In this document: piece by piece, positions 37,656 through 47,300 of the stretch
Numbering within the stretch: position 1 is the first letter of the stretch
How the letters are laid out: every line of letters begins with the position of its first letter
Virus record (IMG/VR): IMGVR_UViG_2974513524_000001
Span: 10,896 to 74,895 of that record
Strand: one strand, 5' to 3'
Length of the DNA: 64,000 bases
DNA from: a virus
Lineage: Duplodnaviria > Caudoviricetes
Notes under the pieces: generated by a model
Seen by the model: the letters and a program-made list of their open reading frames with translations, nothing else
What the model was told of the DNA's origin: nothing
Databases searched by the model: none
Program-made: the position numbers and the translations under genes

Positions 37656-39544
37656 TGTCCACAATCCGCATCATCTTTGCCGACTTGAATAAGCAAGAAC
37701 TGCTTATGTATCGTCAGGACGGCAGCAAAATCATCATTCACCAAGGCGATCCTCGTATCGCTGCACTGGTGGATAAAGTGTTCCCCGACATGCGCAAGCA
37801 GAACTACTGCGATCTGCCAGAAGCTCTGCTGGACAAGTCGAACCCATTCAGCGACACCGAGAAGAAAATGAACGGCTTCGTTCGCTTCTTCAAGATGGCG
37901 AAGGCGAAGTTCGATGAAATCATTGGCAATACTAAGGAAGAGGTTAAACCAGACCTCCCACCTCAGAAAGCCGGTGACCTCAGCGCATTGCAGTCGATCC
38001 TGCATCCTGTTGCACCCACTGTTAAAAAAGTGGTGAAGGACCAAAATGAGCCGGGTGATCAAGACCCGCTCACCAAGTCCGAACAGGCAGTAAAAGAAAT
38101 CATGGCTCACGCCACGCCGTCGAGTGATCGTAGCTTCCAGGAAGAATCTGTTGGCACTCAAGCCACAGTGGCTGTACTGGAAGATGGTACGATCATCGAA
38201 AACGCTGACAAGCTGAAAGTGCAGCTGGAAGCGGTGAATGCCGGTTTGGCCAGCGAAACAGGGTTGAAAAACTTCCTGAATCGCATGGCTTCGGTAAGCC
38301 GTGCCCACAGCGCTCAAGACCTCCTGACCTTCATGGAAAAGGGCGAACTGCCCATTGCCGATGACGGTACGGTTCTGGTCTACAAGCGCCTGCGCAGCAC
38401 CACAGCGAAAGGCGTATACGTAGACTGCTACAGCGGTAACGTGAAACAGAAAGTAGGCTCCCATGTCTTCATGGATGCCTCGCTGGTTGATCCAAACCGT
38501 AGCACCGAGTGCAGTAGCGGTCTGCATGTGGCCCGACGTGACTACCTCACCGCCTTCAGTGGCGATATCTGTGTGCTGGCCAAGCTGGCACCAGAAGACG
38601 TGATTGCCGTGCCTCACGGTGACCCACGTAAGCTGCGTGCAAAGGGCTACCACATCATCGCGGTCCTCTCCCAAGAAGACCATGATCGTGTGGTGCGTAA
38701 CCAACCGCTGAAAGATGAAAACCTGCTGGGCAATGCCATTGCAGGTAATCACGTTGGCGTGTTGCAGACCGTGCAGATCACCCAGCACCGAGGCGGTGGT
38801 GTTATCTACACCGACGTTGCTGGTAAAGCTGAGTTCGTCTCCGACGAATCGCTCAAGTCCAAGTCTCTCGATACCCTGCCAACTGAAGGCAAGGTAAACG
38901 TTGACGCAGTGGCTGTAGCGAAAGCCGACGAGCTGTTCAAAGCTGAGCCAGCTGGCCCTGTAAGCGAGCCATTGGGCGTAGCTGAGCCTGTTCCAGAGCC
39001 GGTGTTTACCGAGGTTGCTCAAACCAAGGCAGCACCGAAACCAGCTAACAAACTGTACAGCTTGCTGGCAGCTTACGCTGATGCTGAACCTGGCTCTGTG
39101 GCCGAGCATGTCGCCGCGACTAAATTGGTGGACTTTAAAAAGTCTTCCCGTAAGTCGTGGACTGCATTGGGCGTCTCTTTGGATGTGCACAGTGCAGTGG
39201 TTGAGCTGGCTGCTAAGCCTTCTCCTGTTGAGGCTACCAAGCCTCAGAAGAAGACCAGCAAGCCAGTGAAGGCTAAACCAGCAGCTGCAAAGCCTGCTGC
39301 GAAGAAACCAAAAGCAGCGGCTAAGCCAGTAGTGAAAGCGACCCGCAACATCGGTCCTGTCACCAAGGTGACTGATACTCCGGCTGAAACTGTTCAACAG
39401 CTCGTTATTCGTGCTGTTAAGAACAAATCTCAGGCGCTTGCACTGCAAGCCTTCGAAGCTAAAAAAGCTAAGAAGAAAAGCTGGGATGCATTGGGCGTAG
39501 CACCATCTGATGTGGTGACTCTGACCAAACTGGCCGGTAAGTAA
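37655..39544 (+). CDS. rIIB: rIIB-like protein
   Basis: LPIADDG..LVYK, CSSGLHVA and DVIAVP...KLR motifs. Confidence 0.9.
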   Translation: MSTIRIIFADLNKQELLMYRQDGSKIIIHQGDPRIAALVDKVFPDMRKQNYCDLPEALLDKSNPFSDTEKKMNGFVRFFKMAKAKFDEIIGNTKEEVKPDLPPQKAGDLSALQSILHPVAPTVKKVVKDQNEPGDQDPLTKSEQAVKEIMAHATPSSDRSFQEESVGTQATVAVLEDGTIIENADKLKVQLEAVNAGLASETGLKNFLNRMASVSRAHSAQDLLTFMEKGELPIADDGTVLVYKRLRSTTAKGVYVDCYSGNVKQKVGSHVFMDASLVDPNRSTECSSGLHVARRDYLTAFSGDICVLAKLAPEDVIAVPHGDPRKLRAKGYHIIAVLSQEDHDRVVRNQPLKDENLLGNAIAGNHVGVLQTVQITQHRGGGVIYTDVAGKAEFVSDESLKSKSLDTLPTEGKVNVDAVAVAKADELFKAEPAGPVSEPLGVAEPVPEPVFTEVAQTKAAPKPANKLYSLLAAYADAEPGSVAEHVAATKLVDFKKSSRKSWTALGVSLDVHSAVVELAAKPSPVEATKPQKKTSKPVKAKPAAAKPAAKKPKAAAKPVVKATRNIGPVTKVTDTPAETVQQLVIRAVKNKSQALALQAFEAKKAKKKSWDALGVAPSDVVTLTKLAGK

Positions 39545-39545
39545 C

Positions 39546-39818
39546 ATGAAGAAGCTCAACGAAGGTCAGCGTTTCACAACTGACCCCGTTGATGCCTCTC
39601 GCACTGCCTATGTAGTCGAGGAAAGTGATGTTGGTAAACAACAAATCAACTACCTCGGCTACAACCAAGCATACACATTTCAAAAGGACGACGTAGGTCG
39701 TCTGATTGAAGTAGTACGCAATATGTCCCCAGGCAGCGTGAGTTGGTACTTCGGGTCAATGTTCTCGGAACTGCGTAAGCAGTATCCCGATCCAAAGCCA
39801 TACATTAAACAAGAGTGA
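39546..39818 (+). CDS. Hypothetical protein
   Basis: 90 aa ORF in operon. Confidence 0.65.
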   Translation: MKKLNEGQRFTTDPVDASRTAYVVEESDVGKQQINYLGYNQAYTFQKDDVGRLIEVVRNMSPGSVSWYFGSMFSELRKQYPDPKPYIKQE

Positions 39819-40009
39819 ATGGCATGAACTGGATTTTAGCGTTAATTGTCGTGTTTTCGATCGGTTTCGCCGCCGGTCGATACACACCCAACAGCGATAT
39901 CTTGAATGAGTGCGTCACCAAAGGTGAAACCACTCTGAAAGGTACTCGTATCTCCTGTAAACCAGTTGCTACCACGGTGGGCAACGAAGAAGTCGAGATC
40001 AAGCAATGA
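39815..40009 (+). CDS. Small signal-anchored protein
   Basis: N-terminal TM plus a Cys pair. Confidence 0.6.
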   Translation: MNGMNWILALIVVFSIGFAAGRYTPNSDILNECVTKGETTLKGTRISCKPVATTVGNEEVEIKQ

Positions 40010-40320
40010 GCGAAATGGAACGTGTTCCTGAGAAGGTCGAAGATACTCCAGATGACCTGAAGTATCTTCATGACGCTGCTTTCAAGCAATTGCTGACAAT
40101 AGCAGAGCAAATGGAAGTTTCGGTTGGTAATCGTATTGATTTCGATACGCAGACCACAGAAGCTTTTGTGTTCTTCCACTATGGCGACGGCACTCCCGAC
40201 GAAATCTTGGCCAAAGCGACTCACGAAAACCCAATCGAAGCAACCCGGCAAGCATTGCTGGCTACCGCCGAACTGCTGGAAGCTCGACAAGAAGCCAAGC
40301 AAAACAAGACGTTGCACTAA
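40006..40320 (+). CDS. Hypothetical protein
   Basis: 104 aa acidic, coupled. Confidence 0.65.
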   Translation: MSEMERVPEKVEDTPDDLKYLHDAAFKQLLTIAEQMEVSVGNRIDFDTQTTEAFVFFHYGDGTPDEILAKATHENPIEATRQALLATAELLEARQEAKQNKTLH

Positions 40321-40670
40321 TGGAAGTCTTGTCTGATCGTCGGAATGAAATCATTCTGCGAATCCATGAACGTGTGGACGTAGTAGACACTGGTTTCGTA
40401 CTTGATGGTAAGGCAAGCCCTTGCCATCTGTGGACCGGTCCTGATTCAGGTACTGGTCGTGGTGGTGGCTACGGTCGAATGTCCTTGGGCAGTCAGACTG
40501 TAGCCGTTCACCTTGTTGTATTCACCCACTTCTACGGATACATACCCGGCAAGAAGCAAGTGGATCACAAGTGTAACAATCGCTTGTGCTGTAATCCTGC
40601 TCATCTTGAGCTGGTTACCCATCTCAAAAACCAACGACTTCGCGCTAAGCGTGCTAAGTCTGGATCTTAG
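40320..40670 (+). CDS. HNH endonuclease family protein
   Basis: CHLWTG...YG...VDHKCNNRLCCNPAHL. Confidence 0.85.
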   Translation: MEVLSDRRNEIILRIHERVDVVDTGFVLDGKASPCHLWTGPDSGTGRGGGYGRMSLGSQTVAVHLVVFTHFYGYIPGKKQVDHKCNNRLCCNPAHLELVTHLKNQRLRAKRAKSGS

Positions 40671-40809
40671 GCGCACTCCGTGCGCTTTTGCGTTGAATAG
40701 AACTGGTTAATTGTTAATCGGTATGTTCAGGCAGCCTCCGGCTGCTTTTGTGCGTTGTTAAAACTCAATTGCCAATTTCGGCACACTCTCGTTTGAAAGG
40801 AATAAGTCA

Positions 40810-42282
40810 ATGTCCCGTTCTGCCCCTGCTCTGTCCCGCAATCTGTCCGACGAAGACAAACGCGTCCAAGTTGCCGAAGTTGTTCACCACGAAGGTCAAC
40901 TGGCGATCCCGAACGGCATGTCCGTCCGCCAAGCCATCAACCTGCTGGAACGTCGCGAGAGCTATCTCGAAGAAGACGTGCAAGTTTCCCGTACCTTCAA
41001 CGTCTTCCCGTGGGACGGCGCCAACGCCCTGAACATCGCGTTGAAGGACAAGTTCGGCTGGGCTGCTGCTGAAGCCACTCCTGGTTTCTTCGGCCCTACC
41101 CCTCCGAAAATGATCACCATCGAAGTCGGCTTCGGCATGACCCGCACCATCCCGTGGGGCCGTTTCAGCCTGCCCGGTATCACTGGTTTCCTGCAAACCG
41201 GCGCCAATCGCAAAGATGGCCGTGTGATCTTCGAATGCCATGCCATCGTCAAGCGTCAAGACGAAGCGACCATCGAAGACCTGTACGACCGCATCGGTGC
41301 GTACCTGAACGACAACAGCATCTACGCCGGTCAAGCGGTGAAGATCCGTTTCCGTGACGACGACGGCGACCTGCTCGACATGCCTGAACCCAAGTTCATG
41401 GACACGTCGTTCATCAGCCGCGACATGCTGGTCTACTCGAAAGACGTGACCGAAGCCATCGAAACCAACTTGTTCGCTCCAATCGAGCGTATCAAGGACT
41501 GCGTTGCCAACGGCATCCCGGTCAAGCGTGGCGTTCTGCTGGGTGGCCCATACGGCACCGGTAAGACCATGGCTGCAACTGTTGCATCGCGTCTGGCCGT
41601 GGATAACGGGGTTACCTACCTGTACATCCCACACGCCGACGAGCTGTCCGACGCCATCGAATTCGCGAAGCAATACGAGCGTAACGCTTGTGTGATCTTC
41701 TGCGAAGACATCGACCGCGCCATCAACGGCGAGCGTTCGGTAGCGATGGACGATATCCTGAACATTCTCGATGGCATCGACACCAAGAATGCTCAGATCA
41801 TCACCGTCCTGACCACCAACCACCTGGAAAACATCAACCCGGCCATGCTGCGCCCAGGCCGTCTGGATGCGATCATCAACGTGAACGCCCCTGACGCCGA
41901 AGCAGTGCAACGCCTGATCCGCCTGTACGGCAAAGGCACCATCGCTGAAGAAACCGACCTGTCCGCAGCCGGTGAAATTCTCGATGGCGCTATCCCTGCC
42001 GTGATTGCCGAAGTAGTTAAGCGTGCCAAGCTCGCTCAGCTGCGCCGTCAAGAGCCAGGCACCAAGGTCGAAAACATCACTGCTGAAGCGGTGGTGGACG
42101 CGGCCAAGTCGATGCAAAGCCAGATCGACCTGCTCAACGAGCAGTCGAAGAAGAAGCACATCGAACCTACGTTCAAGGACGTAATGGGCGATGCAGTTCT
42201 TCACGCGCTGGGCAAAGACGCCGGTGAGCTGTTGGCCCGTCAAGGCAAGCAAGTTGCTGAGTTGCACGAACGCATCATGTAA
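40810..42282 (+). CDS. Classic-clade AAA+ ATPase
   Basis: GPYGTGKT Walker A, IFCEDID Walker B, TTNH...PAMLRPGRLD second region of homology. Confidence 0.9.
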   Translation: MSRSAPALSRNLSDEDKRVQVAEVVHHEGQLAIPNGMSVRQAINLLERRESYLEEDVQVSRTFNVFPWDGANALNIALKDKFGWAAAEATPGFFGPTPPKMITIEVGFGMTRTIPWGRFSLPGITGFLQTGANRKDGRVIFECHAIVKRQDEATIEDLYDRIGAYLNDNSIYAGQAVKIRFRDDDGDLLDMPEPKFMDTSFISRDMLVYSKDVTEAIETNLFAPIERIKDCVANGIPVKRGVLLGGPYGTGKTMAATVASRLAVDNGVTYLYIPHADELSDAIEFAKQYERNACVIFCEDIDRAINGERSVAMDDILNILDGIDTKNAQIITVLTTNHLENINPAMLRPGRLDAIINVNAPDAEAVQRLIRLYGKGTIAEETDLSAAGEILDGAIPAVIAEVVKRAKLAQLRRQEPGTKVENITAEAVVDAAKSMQSQIDLLNEQSKKKHIEPTFKDVMGDAVLHALGKDAGELLARQGKQVAELHERIM

Positions 42283-42303
42283 CTCACCCGCAACAACAGA
42301 AAA

Positions 42304-42329
42304 AGCCCTTCTTCGGAAGGGCTTTTTTT
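42304..42329 (+). terminator. Rho-independent terminator
   Basis: AGCCCTTC-TTCG-GAAGGGCT followed by a T-run. Confidence 0.85.
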
Positions 42330-42363
42330 ATTCGACACTCAGTTGCTAACAGGAGGCAACACC

Positions 42364-42735
42364 ATGCGACAAGTACGTAAAGGTAATGTCGGTCTTCCTC
42401 TAGCGGTTGTCGAGGCTTATATCAAAGCCATGGATAACCCTACAGACCCGGCGTCAGCGGAAGCAGCTGCGAATATGCATCGTGCAATTTTGCATGGTTA
42501 TACGCAGATTCAACAAGGTGTAGAACAAGCCACACTGAAGGTATGCATTGGCAAGGTCGGTTACTTAGACCCTGACGATGTACGGCGTTTCCTGTCTAAA
42601 GAGATCCCGCGCTTGACGCTGTATCGTGACAAGAAATCTCACCACAATATGCCGTTGTACTTCGCGCAGAAGCCTTCTTACTACAAGAAGAATCAGGCGC
42701 CGAAGACGAAAGCCCCGGCCAAGAAAAAGAAGTAG
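42364..42735 (+). CDS. Hypothetical protein
   Basis: AGGAGG RBS; Lys-rich C-terminus. Confidence 0.7.
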   Translation: MRQVRKGNVGLPLAVVEAYIKAMDNPTDPASAEAAANMHRAILHGYTQIQQGVEQATLKVCIGKVGYLDPDDVRRFLSKEIPRLTLYRDKKSHHNMPLYFAQKPSYYKKNQAPKTKAPAKKKK

Positions 42736-42744
42736 GTAATTACC

Positions 42745-42945
42745 ATGGCCACTCAAGAAAAAGCTAAAACTCGTGATCAACGCCACTTGCGTATCACATC
42801 TGACAAGCTGCGTGCATTGCTGCATGAAGCCTGGAAGAAAGGTAACGATAGTTACCTCGACCACGCCAAGCCAGATGGCACCGACGAACGTTACGCCTAT
42901 GTTGATCAAGTGATGATCGACAAGGGCTATAAACGTCCAGAATAA
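42745..42945 (+). CDS. Hypothetical protein
   Basis: 66 aa, AGGT RBS. Confidence 0.65.
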   Translation: MATQEKAKTRDQRHLRITSDKLRALLHEAWKKGNDSYLDHAKPDGTDERYAYVDQVMIDKGYKRPE

Positions 42946-43046
42946 ATTCATATCCCTCAGTTATGAGCTGGGGGATCTGATATTCATTTCAAAAGCATCA
43001 ATTGCCTAAGATGGTGTTTTTAATATGAATATTTAACCAGCGGGGC

Positions 43047-43256
43047 ATGAATGTCCTGCTAAGGATTCTCATGCAGTCTAAAGAGATACCTACCGAGCCA
43101 TTACCTATCCACGACACGATGGACAGTCTGCTTGGTGTAGTAAACCTAGCTTTAGCCAGTATTAAAACAGATACCCCAAACCAGATCACCACTATGTTGA
43201 TGATCTATCACAATACCTTGCTCCACCTGTTAAAAGAGCAAGGCAAACTGAAATAG
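43047..43256 (+). CDS. Hypothetical protein (start uncertain)
   Basis: MIYHNTLL segment; directly upstream of the MoxR-like ATPase. Confidence 0.6.
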   Translation: MNVLLRILMQSKEIPTEPLPIHDTMDSLLGVVNLALASIKTDTPNQITTMLMIYHNTLLHLLKEQGKLK

Positions 43257-43267
43257 GAGCGTTACCC

Positions 43268-44335
43268 ATGTTTAAGAAGGAATTCCACGTTACTCTCAGT
43301 CAAGCAGCACAATTGGTTAAGGAATCCTTCCTTGCAAGTGTGGTGCCTATGCTGCGTGGTAGCCCAGGTATCGGTAAGTCAGCAATCATCCATTGGGTAG
43401 CCAAGGAGATGAACCTGCTGGTGATCGACGCACGTTTTGCGGGCTATGACCCAACTGACGTGAACGGATTCCCAGGTCTGGTTATCGAAGAGGGTATTGC
43501 AAAATACTACCCACTCGAAACCTTCCCACTGGAAGGCCAAGAACTGCCTATCAACCCACTCACTGGCGAGCAATATGCCGGTTGGGTTCTGTTCATGGAC
43601 GAGTTCAACTCGGCTCCGCGAGCAGTACAGGCAGCTTCGTACAAGCTCGTACTGGACCGCATGGTTGGCCAGCGTAAGCTGCATGCTGCCGTGTACATGT
43701 GCGCAGCTGGTAACTTGGACAGCGACCAAGCCATCACTGAAGAAATGTCCACTGCGATGGTCAGCCGTATCTGCAACTTGCAGGTGAAGGAAGACCTGAA
43801 ATCGTGGATGGAGTGGGCAAACCATGCCAACGTGGATACGTTGATTACCTCGTACTTGCAATTCCGCAAGGACAAGTTCTACACGTTCGATCCAGAAACC
43901 CCAGATCGTCCGTTTGCATCGCCACGGACCTGGGAATTTACCCACAGCTACCTGAAGGTGTGGAAGGACAACAACGTCAACATCAAGGATCGTCTGCCAA
44001 TCTTGGCTGGCTTGCTTGATGAAGCCGTAGCACTGGACTTCAAGGCATTTGCCATGATCCGTGACGGCCTGCCACGCAAGGAAGACATTCTGTCTAACCC
44101 TGCTAACGCCATGCTGCCTTCTGACCTCGGACCACTGTATGCCCTTACAGGTGCATTGGCGGACTGGGCCAACGAAGACAACCTGCAACAAATCATCGAC
44201 TACACCAGTCGTATGACTCCATCCGACTTCCAAGTAGCCACGCTGCGTAGCATCAACGCACGTAATCCTCAGTTCTCCAACCACCCAGTTCTCACGAAGT
44301 GGATGACGGATAACATGAGCAAGTTCTTGGGATGA
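43268..44335 (+). CDS. MoxR-like AAA ATPase (N4 gp24-like)
   Basis: GSPGIGKS, LFMDEFNSA, AAGN and FASPRTW motifs. Confidence 0.9.
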   Translation: MFKKEFHVTLSQAAQLVKESFLASVVPMLRGSPGIGKSAIIHWVAKEMNLLVIDARFAGYDPTDVNGFPGLVIEEGIAKYYPLETFPLEGQELPINPLTGEQYAGWVLFMDEFNSAPRAVQAASYKLVLDRMVGQRKLHAAVYMCAAGNLDSDQAITEEMSTAMVSRICNLQVKEDLKSWMEWANHANVDTLITSYLQFRKDKFYTFDPETPDRPFASPRTWEFTHSYLKVWKDNNVNIKDRLPILAGLLDEAVALDFKAFAMIRDGLPRKEDILSNPANAMLPSDLGPLYALTGALADWANEDNLQQIIDYTSRMTPSDFQVATLRSINARNPQFSNHPVLTKWMTDNMSKFLG

Positions 44336-44826
44336 GCCTGGACTGGAACAGCTACGTAGACGACAGCGAGGAGTTGAATATGCACATATTGGCAATACCA
44401 ACCTCAGCTGTCAAAAGCGTAGAAGATCTGATCCCAGCAGCGCATAAGCAAGCAATCGTAGGTGATGTGACGTTGCTAGTTTTCTTGCCTCATAACGGTG
44501 GGGCAGACCGAATTGCTATAAAAGACCTGCTTGAGTTTGTTTTGAACGAGAGCATTTCGCACAACTATGTCTATTTCAACAGTAGATCGAAAATGCCTGA
44601 TGCTGGACATTCGATACGGTACACCGCACAAGGTGAACTGGATGAAAGGCATGCCTTCTATGCAGACCCTGCTCTGCTTGAAGTGCTGGAACAACTGTTG
44701 AAGAAGGTTTACTTGGGTAAAGAGGTCTTACAGCTGGCCCACTGCTACGCCATGAATGCTGATTGGGACAACCATGAAGCCAATGGCAAGATGAACAAGA
44801 TGCGTAAGCTCATAGGAGGCTTGTGA
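44332..44826 (+). CDS. Hypothetical protein
   Basis: 164 aa, coupled between the ATPase and vWA genes. Confidence 0.65.
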   Translation: MSLDWNSYVDDSEELNMHILAIPTSAVKSVEDLIPAAHKQAIVGDVTLLVFLPHNGGADRIAIKDLLEFVLNESISHNYVYFNSRSKMPDAGHSIRYTAQGELDERHAFYADPALLEVLEQLLKKVYLGKEVLQLAHCYAMNADWDNHEANGKMNKMRKLIGGL

Positions 44827-46052
44827 TGGAAATCGTTTCCCCTGATAAAGCCGAGAAGATCGATGCAGCGTTTACACAAGCTCGTATCGAGCTGATGCGT
44901 CACGATAAGTGGACGTTCTTCTCAGCTCTGACAATGCTGCTCAAACAAGAGGTTGATACAAACCCCAACGTTAAAGATGCAGCTGTGTCCGACACGCATA
45001 CTTACTACAACTCAGATTACATGCTGGGTTTGACGAAGATGCAGCGTGTCACTGTTATGGCCCATTTGGCCATGCACGTAGCCCTGAAACATGGGCTGCG
45101 TCAAGGTGATTGCGATCCGGCTTTGTACAACGAAGCATGTGATCACGTAACAAACCTGGCTTTGGCTGGTGCTGGTTTCGACCCGATTCCAGAATGGAAA
45201 TGTGATTCACGTTTCCGTGACATGACCGTCCCGCAGGTCTACAAGATCTTGCTGGAAGAACAGCCGCCACAACCTCCGCAAAGCCAGCCAGACCCTGATT
45301 CTGGTGATGGGCAAGGCCAGCCTCAGCAAAGCGAGGGCGATAAACCTTACCCAATGTCTGGTGACATTCTCCCACCTGAAAAGGGTGAGGATGGTGAAGC
45401 CAAGGATGAAATCGAAGTCTCTGCCGAGATTGACAGCAAGCTGATGCAGGCTGCTCAAATGGTCGAGATGGGTAGCAATCCAGGCAGCATACCAAAGGAC
45501 ATTCAGGTCTATCTTGATAGCCTGTTGAAGCCTAAGTTGCCAATGGCTTACTACCTACGTCGGTTCTTCCGCAAGCTCGATAAAAGCGATTACAGCTGGA
45601 AGAAGATCAACCGTCGGTTCGCACCGATGATGATCCCTGGCTTGTCCAGTGAAAACAAGCTTGATGACCTCGTGTTCGCATACGACATGTCGTGTTCGGT
45701 CACGATGGAGGACATTAAGCGTTACAACTCAGAAATGGTGGGTGTAACCCGCCAGCTGAGGCCGGATTCGGTCAAGATCGTCCAGTTTGATACGCAGATT
45801 AAATCTGTGGATACCGTCAAGTCTGTTAAAGACCTGATGGCACTCAAGCTGGTTGGTCGGGGTGGTACGAACATCGAACCACTCATGCAGTGGGCAAAGA
45901 AACATAAGCCCAAAGCATTGGTCGTCTTTACGGATGGTGAATATCGCCATCCTGAAACCAACCCCGGTTGTCCTGTGCTGTGGATGATCCACGGCCGTAG
46001 TCGTGAACGTTTCAAGTGCGACTTCGGGACGATCATTCGTTTTGAGGTGTAA
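44823..46052 (+). CDS. Metallopeptidase-like / vWA domain protein (N4 gp25-like)
   Basis: HxxxH-like HLAMH and NEACD; vWA MIDAS DMSCS, GRGGT and FTDG. Confidence 0.85.
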   Translation: MMEIVSPDKAEKIDAAFTQARIELMRHDKWTFFSALTMLLKQEVDTNPNVKDAAVSDTHTYYNSDYMLGLTKMQRVTVMAHLAMHVALKHGLRQGDCDPALYNEACDHVTNLALAGAGFDPIPEWKCDSRFRDMTVPQVYKILLEEQPPQPPQSQPDPDSGDGQGQPQQSEGDKPYPMSGDILPPEKGEDGEAKDEIEVSAEIDSKLMQAAQMVEMGSNPGSIPKDIQVYLDSLLKPKLPMAYYLRRFFRKLDKSDYSWKKINRRFAPMMIPGLSSENKLDDLVFAYDMSCSVTMEDIKRYNSEMVGVTRQLRPDSVKIVQFDTQIKSVDTVKSVKDLMALKLVGRGGTNIEPLMQWAKKHKPKALVVFTDGEYRHPETNPGCPVLWMIHGRSRERFKCDFGTIIRFEV

Positions 46053-47300
46053 ATGACAGATATCGTTTATACACCGGGGCAGTTGAAAGGGTGGGAGAAA
46101 TTCGCGTCCTTCTACTTGTCCCCGTTGGAAAACGTGATGCTGCTGAAAGGTTATGCAGGGACTGGTAAATCCACGCTTGTGCGTATGTTCGCAGAGAAGA
46201 CACACAAGCTGGATGAAATGAGGAAGCTGGTGGACCCCAATTGGGCTGGCATGACTATCATGTACACAGCTACCACCAACCAAGCGGCTACGTCGCTGGC
46301 GCAAGCCATGGGAGGTGGGGTTAAAACCAGTACAGTGCACACTGCATTGCAGTTAAAGCTGATTACTGAAGACTACAGGACAAAGAAGAAGAAGCTGATT
46401 CCGTACGGCGAGAAGGTACGCAATGCGTTAATTTTTGTTGACGAAGCCAGCTATATCGACCAAGCCTTGCTCAGTCTGATCTTCCATCAAACCGAAAACT
46501 GCAAAATCGTTTTCATCGGTGACCCAGCTCAGCTGACACCGGTAGGTAGTACGTTTATGCCTGCCTTTGAGATGAATAGGAACGAAATCGAGCTGACCGA
46601 TCTGGTTCGCTTCGATGAAGGCCCTATCTCCACAATGGTAAGCAATCTGCGGGACACAGTGCTGACTAATACTTGGCACAAGTTCCAGCTAGCCGATGGC
46701 ATCATCGAACATGTGAGCCGTGCAGACTTTGACATGCTGGCACACAGGGCGTTTATGAATGAAAAGGAATGGGGTGTGACCAAGATCCTTGGTTATCACA
46801 ACGACCGAGTAGTTCACTTCAACAATAAGCTGTCTGAACAGGTGATCGGTACTTCCGAACTCCAAGTAGGTCAGCGTGTTGCAAGCAATACCGCCGCCAG
46901 CAATGGCAGTAGCCGCGTGTACAACAACGAGGAAGTCTTGATTGAGGAACTCGAAGAAACGCGTAGCTATGGTTTCGATGGCTGGATGGTTCGACTAGCG
47001 AACAAAGAAGGCATCTATTTCATGCCGAAGGAACGTCATTACAAGAACGAAGCCCACAAGGTTGCTGTTCGTGAGGACGACTACGACGCCATGAAATACA
47101 TTGACGAAGAATGGGTTGATCTACGGCCAGCATTCAGCTGCACCGTAAACAAGTCTCAGGGTTCTACCTATGACACTGCGTTCATTGACCTTGACGATAT
47201 CAATGCTGGTGCCCGTACGGCAAACCAACTGGCTCGCCTGCTCTATGTAGGCAATGGCCGGTGCCGTTCTCGCTGCATCATGACTGGGGACGTAGGATGA
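46053..47300 (+). CDS. SF1B (Dda/RecD-like) DNA helicase
   Basis: GYAGTGKS, VDEAS, GDPAQL and TVNKSQGST motifs. Confidence 0.92.
   Translation: MTDIVYTPGQLKGWEKFASFYLSPLENVMLLKGYAGTGKSTLVRMFAEKTHKLDEMRKLVDPNWAGMTIMYTATTNQAATSLAQAMGGGVKTSTVHTALQLKLITEDYRTKKKKLIPYGEKVRNALIFVDEASYIDQALLSLIFHQTENCKIVFIGDPAQLTPVGSTFMPAFEMNRNEIELTDLVRFDEGPISTMVSNLRDTVLTNTWHKFQLADGIIEHVSRADFDMLAHRAFMNEKEWGVTKILGYHNDRVVHFNNKLSEQVIGTSELQVGQRVASNTAASNGSSRVYNNEEVLIEELEETRSYGFDGWMVRLANKEGIYFMPKERHYKNEAHKVAVREDDYDAMKYIDEEWVDLRPAFSCTVNKSQGSTYDTAFIDLDDINAGARTANQLARLLYVGNGRCRSRCIMTGDVG

Noticed and set aside
40320-40670. HNH gene as a mobile intron or homing element
   Set aside because: Free-standing, short and translationally coupled; no split host gene or intron structure around it
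37652-44401. Long minus-strand ORFs (635, 486 and 340 aa)
   Set aside because: Antisense mirrors of rIIB and the two ATPases, caused by codon bias
44790-44826. C-terminus KMRKLIGGL (also MLIGAIA at ~26050 and FLIGPPE at ~26630) resembling the family motif
   Set aside because: Lacks the P-x-x-Phi part. In the first two the IG codons are explained by the overlapping Shine-Dalgarno of the next gene, so these were not counted as members.
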